From IMG/VR virus record IMGVR_UViG_3300021093_000004: a DNA stretch of 64,000 bases; one strand, written 5' to 3'. The position numbers and the translations under genes are program-made. Below the pieces are notes generated by a model. It was not told where the DNA came from and ran no database searches. It saw only the letters and a list, made by a program, of their open reading frames with translations. Numbering within the stretch: position 1 is the stretch's first letter; each line of letters starts with the position of its first letter. The stretch is from a virus (Duplodnaviria > Caudoviricetes). Positions 1 to 9,891 of the stretch are shown here, one piece after another.

Positions 1-48
1 ACACCAGGACCGTGGACGATTGCGTGGCCCACCGGCTGCAATGATGGA

Positions 49-282
49 GTGCGGATTGATTCGCCCGAGGGTCCGGTCGCATTTAACGTCATTGACTGCT
101 CTGCCAGCCTCATTGCGGCAGCACCGGAGCTTTTAAGTGCGGCTCGATCGGCTTTAGCCGATCTTGAAGGTATTGTGCCAGAGTTCGAGCCTAGCGGCGA
201 TCGTAGGCATCCAGCTTGGAATACCATAAGGGAACTCCAAGCTATTATTGCCAAAGCAGAAGGGTTTTATACGGGAACTTAA
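49..282 (+). CDS. Hypothetical protein
   Basis: 77-aa ORF whose TAA lies inside the next TTAATC motif. Confidence 0.6.
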   Translation: MRIDSPEGPVAFNVIDCSASLIAAAPELLSAARSALADLEGIVPEFEPSGDRRHPAWNTIRELQAIIAKAEGFYTGT

Positions 283-344
283 TCGGATCAATCCGCCTGC
301 CACAGTCAAGCTAATGAAGACATAACATCCTATGTGGAGACAGC

Positions 345-590
345 ATGACTAGCATCGTCATAACACCATTCGATAGCGAACACGCAGAGGAACTGAGTTC
401 ATTCATCAAGAATGAACTCGACAATGCAGACTTTGAGGGCGAGGAGATGCCCTCATCTGTACACATTGAGGATGTTGCGGCTCTCAAGCGGCAGCGCGAC
501 CTCTTGCTTGATTTCGTCGTTGCCTTACTTCACGAGTGGCAGCATCGCGGCAAGGCTGATCAGTACGACAAAGCGCAAAGGACCGCCTGA
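345..590 (+). CDS. Hypothetical acidic protein
   Basis: Motif at 279 and GGAGA RBS upstream. Confidence 0.7.
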   Translation: MTSIVITPFDSEHAEELSSFIKNELDNADFEGEEMPSSVHIEDVAALKRQRDLLLDFVVALLHEWQHRGKADQYDKAQRTA

Positions 591-671
591 CCGGAGAGCG
601 GGGGTCAGTTAACCTCCTCCCTCCCCCTGCCACAAAGAGGTATCGAGACACTTACCCCAGGAGACGATGAC

Positions 672-1166
672 ATGGCCCTTGACCCTGAGACTTCCCGATG
701 GCAAGCCCTGATGAATGGGGCGTACGAGTTGGCGATCCGCACCCAATGCTCGAAGCAGTGGTCGTATGACCAGTTCTTGGCGAACCTCGACGCGAAAGAG
801 CGTCAGGCGGTGCTGCTGGGCAACATGAACTACCAGATCGGCAACGGCGGCGTGCAGCAGTGGGTCGAAAACGGCTACGCCTGCAATGCGTCGGATCTGC
901 TGGTCGTCCTGTCCCTCATGGCCTCCCCGCGAGCGTCGGAGTGGGCCGAGAAGCTCGAAGAGTTCGTCGATGCGTTCGTGAACACTCAAGCCGAGAAGCG
1001 TGGCTTCGGCCAGAACTACTGGCAGGACGACGAGGAAGAGGACGACTACGACCGCGAGGACGAGAAACCGCACTGGCACGCGGCGGAGACCCTCACGGAC
1101 TTTTACTACAGCGAGCCATTCAACGCCGAGTTCTTGCGAGAAGTCGAGGACTTTTTGGCTAAGTAG
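672..1166 (+). CDS. DMP19/DUF4375-like acidic DNA-mimic protein
   Basis: GNMNYQIGNGGVQQWVENGY resembles the family QVxNGGFxQ(Y/W) motif; very Asp/Glu-rich; motif at 609 plus AGGAG RBS. Confidence 0.65.
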   Translation: MALDPETSRWQALMNGAYELAIRTQCSKQWSYDQFLANLDAKERQAVLLGNMNYQIGNGGVQQWVENGYACNASDLLVVLSLMASPRASEWAEKLEEFVDAFVNTQAEKRGFGQNYWQDDEEEDDYDREDEKPHWHAAETLTDFYYSEPFNAEFLREVEDFLAK

Positions 1167-1282
1167 TGCGTTGTCTCCTGGTTGGGGCGGGGGTGCTGGT
1201 CTCACCCCCGCCCATTTTAACCATCCCCTATCTAGCATCCACAAATGTGTATCAGGAAATTTGAAACCACGGAGAACCAATT

Positions 1283-1606
1283 ATGCACGTTGAAGTCAGC
1301 CAAGACGGATCGATTAGCAATTTTTCGTTGGATGCACCCACACCCTCTCCTACCATCAGGGTCAATGAGGCCGACATCGGAGGCCGTTGGGATATCGAGG
1401 CTTGCCGAATCGAGGTCGAGAAGGAGAACGGCGAGTTCTCACGGTTCTGGGTTAGCGTCCGGGTGGAGAATGGCCGACCCAAGGTCTACGTCACCACCAA
1501 AACCGGCAAGCTGTCCGAGTCGCGGACGCAAGTCCAGAAGAGCATCACCGGTACTTTCAATCAGGAACCATTACCCTCACGAATATTAACGATGCCGTGG
1601 CACTGA
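1283..1606 (+). CDS. Hypothetical protein
   Basis: Degenerate motif at 1217 and GGAGA RBS. Confidence 0.65.
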   Translation: MHVEVSQDGSISNFSLDAPTPSPTIRVNEADIGGRWDIEACRIEVEKENGEFSRFWVSVRVENGRPKVYVTTKTGKLSESRTQVQKSITGTFNQEPLPSRILTMPWH

Positions 1607-1673
1607 AACAAGCATGAATCGAATGTATTAGAGAGGTTTTGGAAGTCAAGAAAATACCCATAGAGTAACCAGG

Positions 1674-1895
1674 ATGGGCATTTTGGAGGACCAAAAAGTG
1701 ACAGTACAATCAGATTTGCAGCACTGGACAGTGGGCAGAGCGTTATCTCGGCATGTTGACATTCCGCGCACAACGCTGCAATCAGCAGTCACGCAGGGGC
1801 GGATACCGAGCCGGACGTTCGGTTGCGGTACTATGATTGTGCATATCCGCGACGTGCGACAGTGGGCAAAGAGTCACACGCCGAGGAGCAAATAG
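1674..1895 (+). CDS. Small excisionase/MerR-like HTH DNA-binding protein
   Basis: IPRTTLQSAVTQGRIPS...IVHIRDVRQW pattern. Confidence 0.5.
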   Translation: MGILEDQKVTVQSDLQHWTVGRALSRHVDIPRTTLQSAVTQGRIPSRTFGCGTMIVHIRDVRQWAKSHTPRSK

Positions 1896-1951
1896 CGTCA
1901 GATGGTCTGACGTTTGTGGTGGTTGGTGGCCCGACTAGGAGTGACAATGTT

Positions 1952-2293
1952 ATGAGTAAGGCAGTCGTTAAAGGCGCAGGTAGTACGATCAAGGCAATTT
2001 TGACCGTGAATGCGTGGTACCATGTTGCTGAGAACCGTAAGTTCGCAGAGACCAATACTCGCAGTGTCGTGTTGCGGGCAGTTCGGATTGCGCATCCTGA
2101 GATGCGCGTCGGGCCGTCTGTTCTGAAGCACGTCGAAGATGAAATCGGGTTGAAGCGATGTCGCGGCAATGCCCAGAATGCGGCTGCTCGCAAAGACCGC
2201 GCAGTTGTGATTGCTCAGGAACTGGGGCGTCTGTTAGAGAATTTAGGTATGAAAGTATCTGAGGAATTGACAGACATCATCAAACGCAAATGA
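1952..2293 (+). CDS. Hypothetical basic protein
   Basis: ORF 1823-2293; AGGAG precedes ATG 1952. Confidence 0.55.
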   Translation: MSKAVVKGAGSTIKAILTVNAWYHVAENRKFAETNTRSVVLRAVRIAHPEMRVGPSVLKHVEDEIGLKRCRGNAQNAAARKDRAVVIAQELGRLLENLGMKVSEELTDIIKRK

Positions 2294-2382
2294 CCATTAA
2301 TCCATCTTAGATGCTCAATTGATCTAGGGGATTAACCCATCTTATTTCTCTGCCACATGAAGGTATCAGGGAGACCAAGACC

Positions 2383-2646
2383 ATGCCAAAAAAACTTTAC
2401 CCAGTATACGACAGACTGAGCACCGCCGAATCGAAGGCGTTGGGCTTCAACTCAATCCCGGTGGTGCTCACGAGCGTCGGGATGCCAGCAAGAGACGTAC
2501 ACGCGGTGCGGACTGGCGAATTCCGAGAACCTAACAAGGATGAGTGGTATTTGTCCGGGGCGATCCCCGGTGCGTGGAAGGCTCCGAATAGCCTGTCCTG
2601 CAAGTTCCACATCTGCAAGCTGGTGCGGGCCAAACCCGAACAGTAA
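2383..2646 (+). CDS. Hypothetical protein
   Basis: Motif at 2332 and GGGAG RBS. Confidence 0.7.
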   Translation: MPKKLYPVYDRLSTAESKALGFNSIPVVLTSVGMPARDVHAVRTGEFREPNKDEWYLSGAIPGAWKAPNSLSCKFHICKLVRAKPEQ

Positions 2647-2861
2647 CGGCAAAAAGCAGATAACGCTCGGATTCTCGGTCGAGGACGCAAAAAGGCTGTT
2701 GCCTCCGACTGATTATTCTTACCTTCACATTTGGCGTCAAGAAGAATTGCCTGTGGCTTCAGAACAAGGAACCGAAGACTGGGGCGTCCCAGTCGGAGAA
2801 GCGAGCCGAGAGGTTTACGCCAGACTTTGATCGGCTGATAAATCACTTTGGGAGAAATAGC

Positions 2862-3104
2862 GTGTTTGCACAGGCCACGCCACAGATGCCACAGATCACC
2901 GAAGCTTTCATGATCTGGGCACTGGTATACGGGGCACTTTTCACTCTGGTTTTCTGGGGTCTGATCATCTGGGGAGCGGTGAAGCTCCTCAGCGGACGCG
3001 GGAAGAGTGCCGAGCTTGAGAAGGAGGTTGCATACCTGAAAGGCCGGTTGGATCGGAGGGAGCTAAGAACCCCGGAAGACAGGTCTGGCGGTACTAGCCC
3101 TTAA
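2862..3104 (+). CDS. Small membrane protein
   Basis: Hydrophobic stretch WALVYGALFTLVFWGLIIWGAV; stop inside TTAACC 3101. Confidence 0.65.
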   Translation: MFAQATPQMPQITEAFMIWALVYGALFTLVFWGLIIWGAVKLLSGRGKSAELEKEVAYLKGRLDRRELRTPEDRSGGTSP

Positions 3105-3173
3105 CCAATTCCCATCTCCTGCCACAGTGGAGTATCGGGGATCTTGACACTTCACACACAGGAGACTAGAGAC

Positions 3174-3890
3174 ATGCGATTCAAGCGTGGCGACATTGTG
3201 TTAAGTGCGCCGGGATATACGAATGGTTGTTACGTCATCATTGCGGTGGACTCCACTCGTCCGAAGAATGCCTACAACGGCATAAACCTCACGAGTCGGA
3301 AGAACTACCGCTTGAGCGATGATTCGCTTGGCGTCAAGGTGGGGACGGCTACCGAAGAGTTCTTGAACACCGACCCGAACCAGAGCACCGGCAATTCGGT
3401 CAGCGATGTGAACTTCGGACGGGGGAAGCGGCGAGCCGAGTACATGACTGGCTTCTCATTCCGGGCGGAAGATAAAGCTCGATGGGGACTGCTGGCGAAG
3501 TCGACCCCGAATCAGTTGCTCGACATTCTTCTGAATGACCGAGTCCAGCGGGTGCAGTTCAAGCACGTGATCGAGAAGGGCGAGAAGTACGTCTTCGCTG
3601 CTTCGAATGTGAACGGGACGACCTATCGCTATCCCCTCAACGTGTTGGTACTTCCGGAAGGGACTGTTGCGAAGCGTGATGCGGCGGCAATCTTGGAGGA
3701 CCTGCGACGAGTGGAATGCCAACTGGATCCAGATAACCTCACCTGCGACGGCGAATTGCCCATGAATCAGGTGCGGCAACGACAGCGGCAGTTGACGACC
3801 GAGCGAGCCAGCCTCGTGCGGGAGTTGGGACATGAGCCGACGCATGCTGAGTTGGATCATCCAGAGTTTAACCGATCTGTGGATGATTGA
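3174..3890 (+). CDS. Hypothetical protein with a C-terminal LDPDNLTCDGEL phage-type domain
   Basis: Motif at 3101 and AGGAG RBS before ATG 3174; C-terminus resembles a recurrent small phage protein family. Confidence 0.7.
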   Translation: MRFKRGDIVLSAPGYTNGCYVIIAVDSTRPKNAYNGINLTSRKNYRLSDDSLGVKVGTATEEFLNTDPNQSTGNSVSDVNFGRGKRRAEYMTGFSFRAEDKARWGLLAKSTPNQLLDILLNDRVQRVQFKHVIEKGEKYVFAASNVNGTTYRYPLNVLVLPEGTVAKRDAAAILEDLRRVECQLDPDNLTCDGELPMNQVRQRQRQLTTERASLVRELGHEPTHAELDHPEFNRSVDD

Positions 3891-4002
3891 TAACACCGAT
3901 ACTGTACTCACACACGATACGCAAACAACGTTGACAGCGACAACAGTTCTGCCGCATCGGGCGACGGGGCCTTTTTCTCTTTAAAATTGGTGGAGAACCA
4001 CG

Positions 4003-4086
4003 ATGATTACTAGCAAGCGGTTGGCTGAGGCCATGGTGGTGGTAGCTTATCTGTTCCTGGTGTTGTGGGCATGGTTCAAGAACTGA
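4003..4086 (+). CDS. 27-aa single-TM peptide
   Basis: GGAGA RBS; MITSKRLAEAMVVVAYLFLVLWAWFKN. Confidence 0.45.
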   Translation: MITSKRLAEAMVVVAYLFLVLWAWFKN

Positions 4087-4200
4087 CTCGTTGTGGTATT
4101 ATAAGAAGCCATAACTGTGCATCTTGTGTGAGCATGCCGGTCTGGGGTTATCCATCGGGCTTCGTTTAGTGCGACCATCCTTTATGGCTCCAATAATTTG

Positions 4201-4244
4201 GGAACGGGCGGGCCTCTCGATTTGGGAGACCCGCCCGTCCCTGT
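4201..4244 (+). terminator. GC hairpin, terminator-like
   Basis: GACGGGCGGG-like arm paired with CCCGCCCGTC, then TGTTT and TTAACC 4245. Confidence 0.55.
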
Positions 4245-4311
4245 TTAACCACCCTCTTCTTCCTGTTACACACCATCAGACAACGATTTCACCAACACGA
4301 GCGAGAAAAAC

Positions 4312-4620
4312 ATGCCGAAGGCAACGAGACTGAGTTTGCTGCCCAATCAACCGGGCAACATGCGAACCGCGACACGGGAAGCGATGGCTACGCTATGGAC
4401 CATCGAAGGTCACAAGGGATTGTTCTGGTACGTGCAGGGCTGCAAGGCTGGTCATATGGCGGGCGGTGACGAGATCGTGGCCGAGGCTGGCTCGACGGCT
4501 GATCGATCTGCTGAGCTTGCGGCGGCAACTTCATTTCCGCGATCGAGCTTCGCGGTCTTCAAGCGAGACGAAACGGTCGAATTCCTCGTGTGCCATGCCC
4601 TTGGAATTCAGGTCCCTTGA
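4312..4620 (+). CDS. Hypothetical protein
   Basis: Variant motif at 4245 upstream. Confidence 0.55.
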   Translation: MPKATRLSLLPNQPGNMRTATREAMATLWTIEGHKGLFWYVQGCKAGHMAGGDEIVAEAGSTADRSAELAAATSFPRSSFAVFKRDETVEFLVCHALGIQVP

Positions 4621-4641
4621 CCCCCGTCATATCCGACATGG

Positions 4642-4845
4642 TTGCATTCCTTTTTTCGCACGGAGATCTCGATGGATGAGTTACTGGCAAGCAAGGACTT
4701 TATCGCGGGCTGCATTTGCGGTGTTTTATTTGCTCTCGGCCTGTTGTGTCTCATTATAGCGATCGACGTCGCAGCTAGTGTTGTCACTAGCATTTGGGAG
4801 CAAAAGCGGCAGCGGGTGATTGACTGCCAGAATCAGAAGTGCTGA
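4642..4845 (+). CDS. Small membrane protein
   Basis: TM stretch FIAGCICGVLFALGLLCLIIAIDVAASVV. Confidence 0.5.
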   Translation: MHSFFRTEISMDELLASKDFIAGCICGVLFALGLLCLIIAIDVAASVVTSIWEQKRQRVIDCQNQKC

Positions 4846-5053
4846 GACAAATGAGACCTCGCGGTCTGGCGTTAGAGCCAGAGTTGGCTCTTGCAATCGG
4901 CGGGTTCGCCGTATTAGCACCGGACTCTTTTTCAAGCCGGAGTACAGGAACCCCAAGTGGGAACAAGGGGGCAGAGCTTACAAGACGCTTCCGGCAGCAA
5001 ACACAGCGGCCAGAAACGCAAGTGAACGAAACCAGTTGGTGGAACGTCGCTGA
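4820..5053 (+). CDS. Hypothetical protein, paralogue of 14438-14632
   Basis: Shares VRRISTGLxFKPEYRNPKWEQGGRAYKTLPAA with the 14438-14632 ORF; start uncertain. Confidence 0.5.
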   Translation: MTARIRSAETNETSRSGVRARVGSCNRRVRRISTGLFFKPEYRNPKWEQGGRAYKTLPAANTAARNASERNQLVERR

Positions 5054-5594
5054 TACCAAGAACTGACGTAGAAGTGGTTGAGTTCCATGTCGTTGAAACA
5101 GGAACGCTCCGGTGAGTTAACCAACGACCTTGGCGCAAGGAAGGCTAACCGGATTTAGAAGGCGGAACTAAAAGGCCGCTGAACTCTTTTCCCTTTCAGT
5201 TTTTCCAGCTTGGAAATGGCGGGCATGACACAAGCAGAAGTGGATAAGCTGAAGGCATGGCTTGAGAAGTGACCCTTTTCTGGTTCACTGTTGCACCCGC
5301 CGAAGCTCCGAACAACACCCGCGAGTTTCAGGTCGAATGGTCGCCCGAAAACGGGCTCAAACGAAACCAACAGCGAAAACACAGACGGAATCTGCACCGC
5401 CTTGTACTTCGACGAGCCAGACGACGAGTTCTTCGACTACAAGGAGCGGGCAACGCCTCTCTCCGCGAAAGCCAACTGCCACTACGGTTCGTGCTGAGTC
5501 AAACGACGGGAGGGTTGGATTAACCGACCGACCCGGCTCGCCACAAGGGAGTATCGGGAATTCAGGACCACAAGACACCAAAAGGACCAGAACC

Positions 5595-5825
5595 ATGCTC
5601 ACCGGATACGTGATCTACAAGGGCAAGCAGCCTCTCGCATGGCATGCCGACGAGGACCTCCGATACCGAATGGGCCAGTCGGCTCTCGCTCAGGGTCTGA
5701 TGGTCGGCCTGATCTTCTTCGACCTGTCCGAAGCCGAGAGAGCGATGGCCGAAGTGCCTGACCTCTTCGAGTTCGAAGACGGCGACGACCTGTCGATCCG
5801 CGAAATCAAGCTCCAGGCTCGTTAA
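5595..5825 (+). CDS. Hypothetical protein (76 aa)
   Basis: Motif at 5520 and AGGA RBS; stop inside TTAACC 5822. Confidence 0.7.
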   Translation: MLTGYVIYKGKQPLAWHADEDLRYRMGQSALAQGLMVGLIFFDLSEAERAMAEVPDLFEFEDGDDLSIREIKLQAR

Positions 5826-5888
5826 CCGGGGGCGGTCTGCCCGCCACAGGGAGGTATCGGGGATTCAGGACACAAGAGGACCAAGACC

Positions 5889-6029
5889 ATGTACAAGGCC
5901 GTGAAAGAGAACGACGGGACCTACTCAATCCGGTTCAGCCGATTCGGGCTGAACTGGGAGGTCATCCTGCTGGGGGTTCGTGGCTGCAACGTGAACCGAA
6001 CCATCAACAAGCTCTACCGGGAGGATTAA
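5889..6029 (+). CDS. Hypothetical 46-aa protein
   Basis: Motif at 5822, RBS, MYKAVKENDGTYSIRF...; stop inside TTAACC 6026. Confidence 0.6.
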   Translation: MYKAVKENDGTYSIRFSRFGLNWEVILLGVRGCNVNRTINKLYRED

Positions 6030-6075
6030 CCCTCCTCTTTCCCCTGCCACATGGTTGTACTGGAGGACCAAGAGA

Positions 6076-6447
6076 ATGAAGACCGACGACACAAACACAA
6101 TCCCGGAAACACTCGACGCACCATGGCTGAAACGCTTCTTCAAGCGGAAGTTCGGCATCCCGGTGCGGGTGGATAACGCGGGAAGCAGTGGGTGGGTTCA
6201 CATCTGGATCATGAGTGATCGAACCGTTCGCCACACTGACCCGCTCAAGTACAGCCACCGATTCCCGATCGAGCTTGGTCATCGTTGCATGGCCATCGTT
6301 TACAAGTCGAGCGAAACCCTCTCGAAGCAGGCGTGGGGTGGGAACATCGGAGCACACAGCATCGCGATGTACGGCCACCAACTCCGCGAGTTGCTGGTGG
6401 GAATCCTGGAGACCCCCATTAACCCGGAGCCTGTCGCTGCCACATAA
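6076..6447 (+). CDS. Hypothetical protein
   Basis: Motif at 6026 and GGAGG RBS; last codons (PINPEPVAAT) are read through motif 6419. Confidence 0.7.
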   Translation: MKTDDTNTIPETLDAPWLKRFFKRKFGIPVRVDNAGSSGWVHIWIMSDRTVRHTDPLKYSHRFPIELGHRCMAIVYKSSETLSKQAWGGNIGAHSIAMYGHQLRELLVGILETPINPEPVAAT

Positions 6448-6531
6448 GAGTACAAGAGGGGACGCGGCTGGTGACGACCGGTCGAGTCAGAGACTTGAAA
6501 GAGTCTCACCCTCGCGTGACCTTGGGACGGT

Positions 6532-6664
6532 CTAAAACTCATCCGGAGTCGTGGATCTCCTAAAACTCGTCCGGAGTTCGGGTCATCTCCTAAAACGGCG
6601 TCCGGAGTCGTGGATCTCCTAAAACTCGTCCGGAGTTCGGGTCATCTCCTAAAACGGCGTCCGG
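6532..6664. repeat. Five tandem 28-30 bp units CTAAAAC(TC/GGC)GTCCGGAGT..., forming a 59-bp higher-order repeat
   Basis: Units start at 6532, 6560, 6590, 6619, 6649; the first four contain palindromic TCCGGA, the fifth is truncated at TCCGG; intergenic. Confidence 0.9.
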
Positions 6665-6735
6665 CTTTGGGAACAGCCTCAATAGCATCCGGACTTACGC
6701 AGAGGAGTCCTTAAGGTCTCTGAAACGATTCCAGG

Positions 6736-6763
6736 CAAGGGGGAGGGGAAACCCTCCCCCTTG
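6736..6763 (+). terminator. GAAA-loop GC hairpin before motif 6769
   Basis: CAAGGGGGAGGG-GAAA-CCCTCCCCCTTG perfect stem. Confidence 0.6.
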
Positions 6764-6835
6764 TCGTATTAACCGGGGGTCTCCTCCTGCCACATCTGGG
6801 TATCGGGAATTCAGGACACAAGCCAAGGAGATACA

Positions 6836-7129
6836 ATGCGACCATCACCGACCATTCGCGGCATCGCTCGATCGATCATCCGGGGCGTTCAAGCGAATTT
6901 CAATCCAGAAAACCAGCAAACCGAACTCGAACGGATCGTCGAACTCTTTCAAGATATGGCGGTGAGTTGCGAAATGATCGACGAGTCAGCCCCCTGTCAT
7001 CACATTGGAAACCTCACAGCCAAACGAGACGCCGATATCCTCTGTCAACTCGCTACTTTGATCGAGGACGACGCTCCGCAGATCCTTCTGGACCTGCCCA
7101 ACCGGGCATTAACCACTGTTGGCTCCTAG
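6836..7129 (+). CDS. Hypothetical protein
   Basis: Motif at 6769 and AAGGAG RBS. Confidence 0.7.
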   Translation: MRPSPTIRGIARSIIRGVQANFNPENQQTELERIVELFQDMAVSCEMIDESAPCHHIGNLTAKRDADILCQLATLIEDDAPQILLDLPNRALTTVGS

Positions 7130-7246
7130 TCACAACAGGGTACCACCAATCGAATCGATCGAGTTAGTGAGACTTAGTTGAACGAGTGGATTTAACCGAC
7201 TACGACAACCTGCCACAACAGGGCATCACCAACCAGGAGACGACCA

Positions 7247-7513
7247 GTGAAGACAGAACACGCAAAAGAAATCGCCGAAGCCGCAACCGATATTGGTCTG
7301 AACGTGACCCACCGTGATGGATACTCAGGGCGGGGTATGTATGGAGAAGAAACCGATGGAGTCGTTGGGAGTATCGGCGACATCATCCAAGCCATCGCCT
7401 CAGCCGCTTATCAGTATGGGCAAGCCAAAAGCGAAAGCGAAGGGGAAGAATTCCTCGTCGCGATGGGCAATCTGAAATTCGACAGTATGGGGCGCGGCCA
7501 GATCGTTTACTGA
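7247..7513 (+). CDS. Hypothetical protein (YSGRGMYG motif)
   Basis: Motif at 7192 and AGGAG RBS; YSGRGMYG recurs in small phage proteins. Confidence 0.7.
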   Translation: MKTEHAKEIAEAATDIGLNVTHRDGYSGRGMYGEETDGVVGSIGDIIQAIASAAYQYGQAKSESEGEEFLVAMGNLKFDSMGRGQIVY

Positions 7514-7657
7514 GACTGTCTCCTGGTCCGGGCGGGGGTGCTGGTCCCACCCCCGCCCATTTTTTAAACCTTTACTCCTCATTTCATCAACGTGGCTTTT
7601 CTGCCACAAAACTATAGAGTAGTACTTTACCACTCTGCTACTTAAGGAAAAACAAAC

Positions 7658-7939
7658 ATGACATTTGCCGAAAAACTCAACCTTTACGGGGTAAGCTTTA
7701 ATTTCACCAAGAAAGGGGTTTAACTCGAAGCCAACCCAGAAGACGAATCCCTGTTTGACGGAGATGGGAACGTAACGGACCCAACTTTTTACGCTTTCTT
7801 GAACGTGCTCGAAGGTATCGTAAGCTACGTTGATTACGACCCTCGTGACAGCAGAGCTGGGCTTGTTGTTTTCGCAGAGACAAATGACGGAAGAGCTTGG
7901 TACGATTTCTCAGGTGAGTCTGCCTGGATCGACGTTTAG
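7658..7939 (+). pseudogene. Paralogue of 14847-15137 with an in-frame TAA at 7721-7723
   Basis: MTFAEKLNLYGVSFNFTKKGV*LEANPEDESLFD...YVDYDPRD...AWYD aligns collinearly with the intact copy. Confidence 0.8.
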
Positions 7940-8083
7940 ATTAACGACAGGGGGGTTAACCGCTGGCGGCTTGGAGCCGATCGGTTAACCCGGTCGGCTC
8001 CTTTAACCGGGTTTTGGTTCCTGCCACATCTGGGTATCGGGGACGGGTGATCCTCGAAGACCTCAGACCAAGGAGACCGACCA

Positions 8084-8272
8084 ATGAAGGCTGTACACTC
8101 TCTCGACCGTTTCGACATTGAGGCCATTAACGAAGGCAAGGCCATTCGCCGCTTCCGGTTCGATTTCGCGATCGAGCATCCCGTGACGCGGGCCAAGGCC
8201 AAGCGGGGGGTGGTTCGCGGCAAGATCGGAGCCGATCGCCGACGCGGGCTGGTGGCCGTTTCGAAGAGCTAA
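8084..8272 (+). CDS. Small basic protein, paralogue of 18778-18966
   Basis: Shared SLDxFDIEA..EGKAIRxFRxDF..TRAKAKR..KIGADR; motif at 8003 and RBS. Confidence 0.75.
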   Translation: MKAVHSLDRFDIEAINEGKAIRRFRFDFAIEHPVTRAKAKRGVVRGKIGADRRRGLVAVSKS

Positions 8273-8529
8273 CACTGTGGCGGCTTGGAGCCGATCGGTA
8301 AACCGATCGGCTCATTCGGGTTTTGGCTCATTTGACCGGGTTTTGGCTCCTGCCACATGAGTTCAGACCAGACCAATCACTGGGCATCGGGATACCACCC
8401 CACCCTCCCTCCTTCGGGAGGGGGCGGCGTCCCGCCCCGGTGTTAACGCGGGACGGGACGCTGCCACACAGAGGCAGAAACGAGTCCGGGAGTTACGGAC
8501 CGCGAGGACAACAACAGGGAGAAAACAGA

Positions 8530-8739
8530 ATGCAGAAAGTTCAATTTAACGAGCAAGATCTACGCCGAGGCAAGTCTTTCGAGGTCGGTAACTATCACGT
8601 TTGGTTTTTTAACAAATTTCGAGCAGACCAAGATTGGAGTAAAAACGAAAACGAGAGTGAGCGTCACTTTTCGACTTTCAGTAAGCTTCAAAGATTTTTG
8701 GAATCGTTGCCTGACGAGACAGACCCGGTGGCCGATTGA
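8530..8739 (+). CDS. Hypothetical protein
   Basis: Motif at 8443 and GGGAG RBS. Confidence 0.6.
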   Translation: MQKVQFNEQDLRRGKSFEVGNYHVWFFNKFRADQDWSKNENESERHFSTFSKLQRFLESLPDETDPVAD

Positions 8740-8986
8740 CGCTTGCCCCCGTCTTTGCTACAAGTGACAAGGAGAGAAGATGAATAATCTGACTCTTAAC
8801 CGACTGACCGCCGTTGCCACAATGTGGTAGGACTAACAAACTCAACGGGGGCTGATTCGAGAGATCAGCAGCGGCAGTCGTTAGTGGGGCCTGCCGCACC
8901 CCGTTTAGCCCCCTTGGGGTGCCGTGGCAATTGCTGCGGCACCCTTTGCTTTTGACGACACCCACTCAATTCACAGAGAAGAACAT

Positions 8987-9757
8987 ATGACCAAACAAGA
9001 GACCACCCTCGATCTGAAGCTGTCTGACGCCGACTCCTCGAAAAAACACATGCTCGACAAACGAGAGCAGCCCGTCACCTTCACCGTGACCCAGACCAAC
9101 TATGTGTCTCGACGCGGTGAGACGAACTTCATCGTCGCCTACACCGGGCCGATGGGTAGCGGCAAGATCACCGTCCCCGGCAAGCCCGACGCCGAGAGCG
9201 ATCTTAACCTCTTGCGCCAGATTGTCGCCGTGAAGAAGGACATCGGCAACAACAAGCTGTTCAGCACGCTGTTGTACATGGAAAACTGGCACTGTGGTTG
9301 CGTCATCCGCCAACGCAAGTGGTCGAACAACGAGGTCGCCCCGGCGTTGCGTGGCGAGGTCCGCCCCGACCCGAAGCCATTGCCCAACGTGGCCCACCGC
9401 CTGCTAAACCATCACGACGCCAAGATGCAAGGCTGGGCAGTATTCAACGGTGGCCCCCACCTGTGCGTCGAGGCACCCAACGGTAACTTCACCATCAGCG
9501 TAAACACGCTGGAAGGGAAGAAGATCACGTTCGCCTTCGTGCCGTATCATGAGAACGGCCCGGCGCAGTGCGTGGACGTTCAGCACCATACCAGCGGGGT
9601 CGATATGAAGAACGGCGACACCGACTGCCCGGTGCAGCAGGTCATCTGCTTTACCGTAGGGAGTGATCTGTACCGCTCCCCGTTGACCGAGGAGAAGGGC
9701 AAGGGCTGCACGCTCATGACCGTGCTACTCAAGCGCAAGGAAGAGGGGGAAGAATAA
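8987..9757 (+). CDS. Hypothetical protein (256 aa)
   Basis: Long ORF with GC3-biased codons; motif at 8796 upstream. Confidence 0.75.
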   Translation: MTKQETTLDLKLSDADSSKKHMLDKREQPVTFTVTQTNYVSRRGETNFIVAYTGPMGSGKITVPGKPDAESDLNLLRQIVAVKKDIGNNKLFSTLLYMENWHCGCVIRQRKWSNNEVAPALRGEVRPDPKPLPNVAHRLLNHHDAKMQGWAVFNGGPHLCVEAPNGNFTISVNTLEGKKITFAFVPYHENGPAQCVDVQHHTSGVDMKNGDTDCPVQQVICFTVGSDLYRSPLTEEKGKGCTLMTVLLKRKEEGEE

Positions 9758-9891
9758 CGAGACCATCCCCAAATTGGAGTGGGGGTGCTGGTCCCACCCC
9801 CCACCCATCCTTAACTGGATCAGACCGCTTGCCACATAGCAGTATCGGAGGAACCAAATGAGCGAATCACCAGTCCTGTGAGGATTTTCAA

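Noticed and set aside
609-1280. 223-aa minus-strand ORF and similar overlapping ORFs in the GC-rich region (e.g. 8966-9397, 12625-13476, 24584-25078)
   Set aside because: These are antisense shadows of motif- and RBS-supported genes; GC-rich codon bias keeps them open.
5216-5523. Read-through gene across TGA 5270
   Set aside because: Three overlapping frames compete and none has homology support; more likely a short ORF plus a frameshifted remnant.
6532-6664. CRISPR array
   Set aside because: Units abut with no unique spacers, the variable parts themselves repeat, and no cas genes are present.
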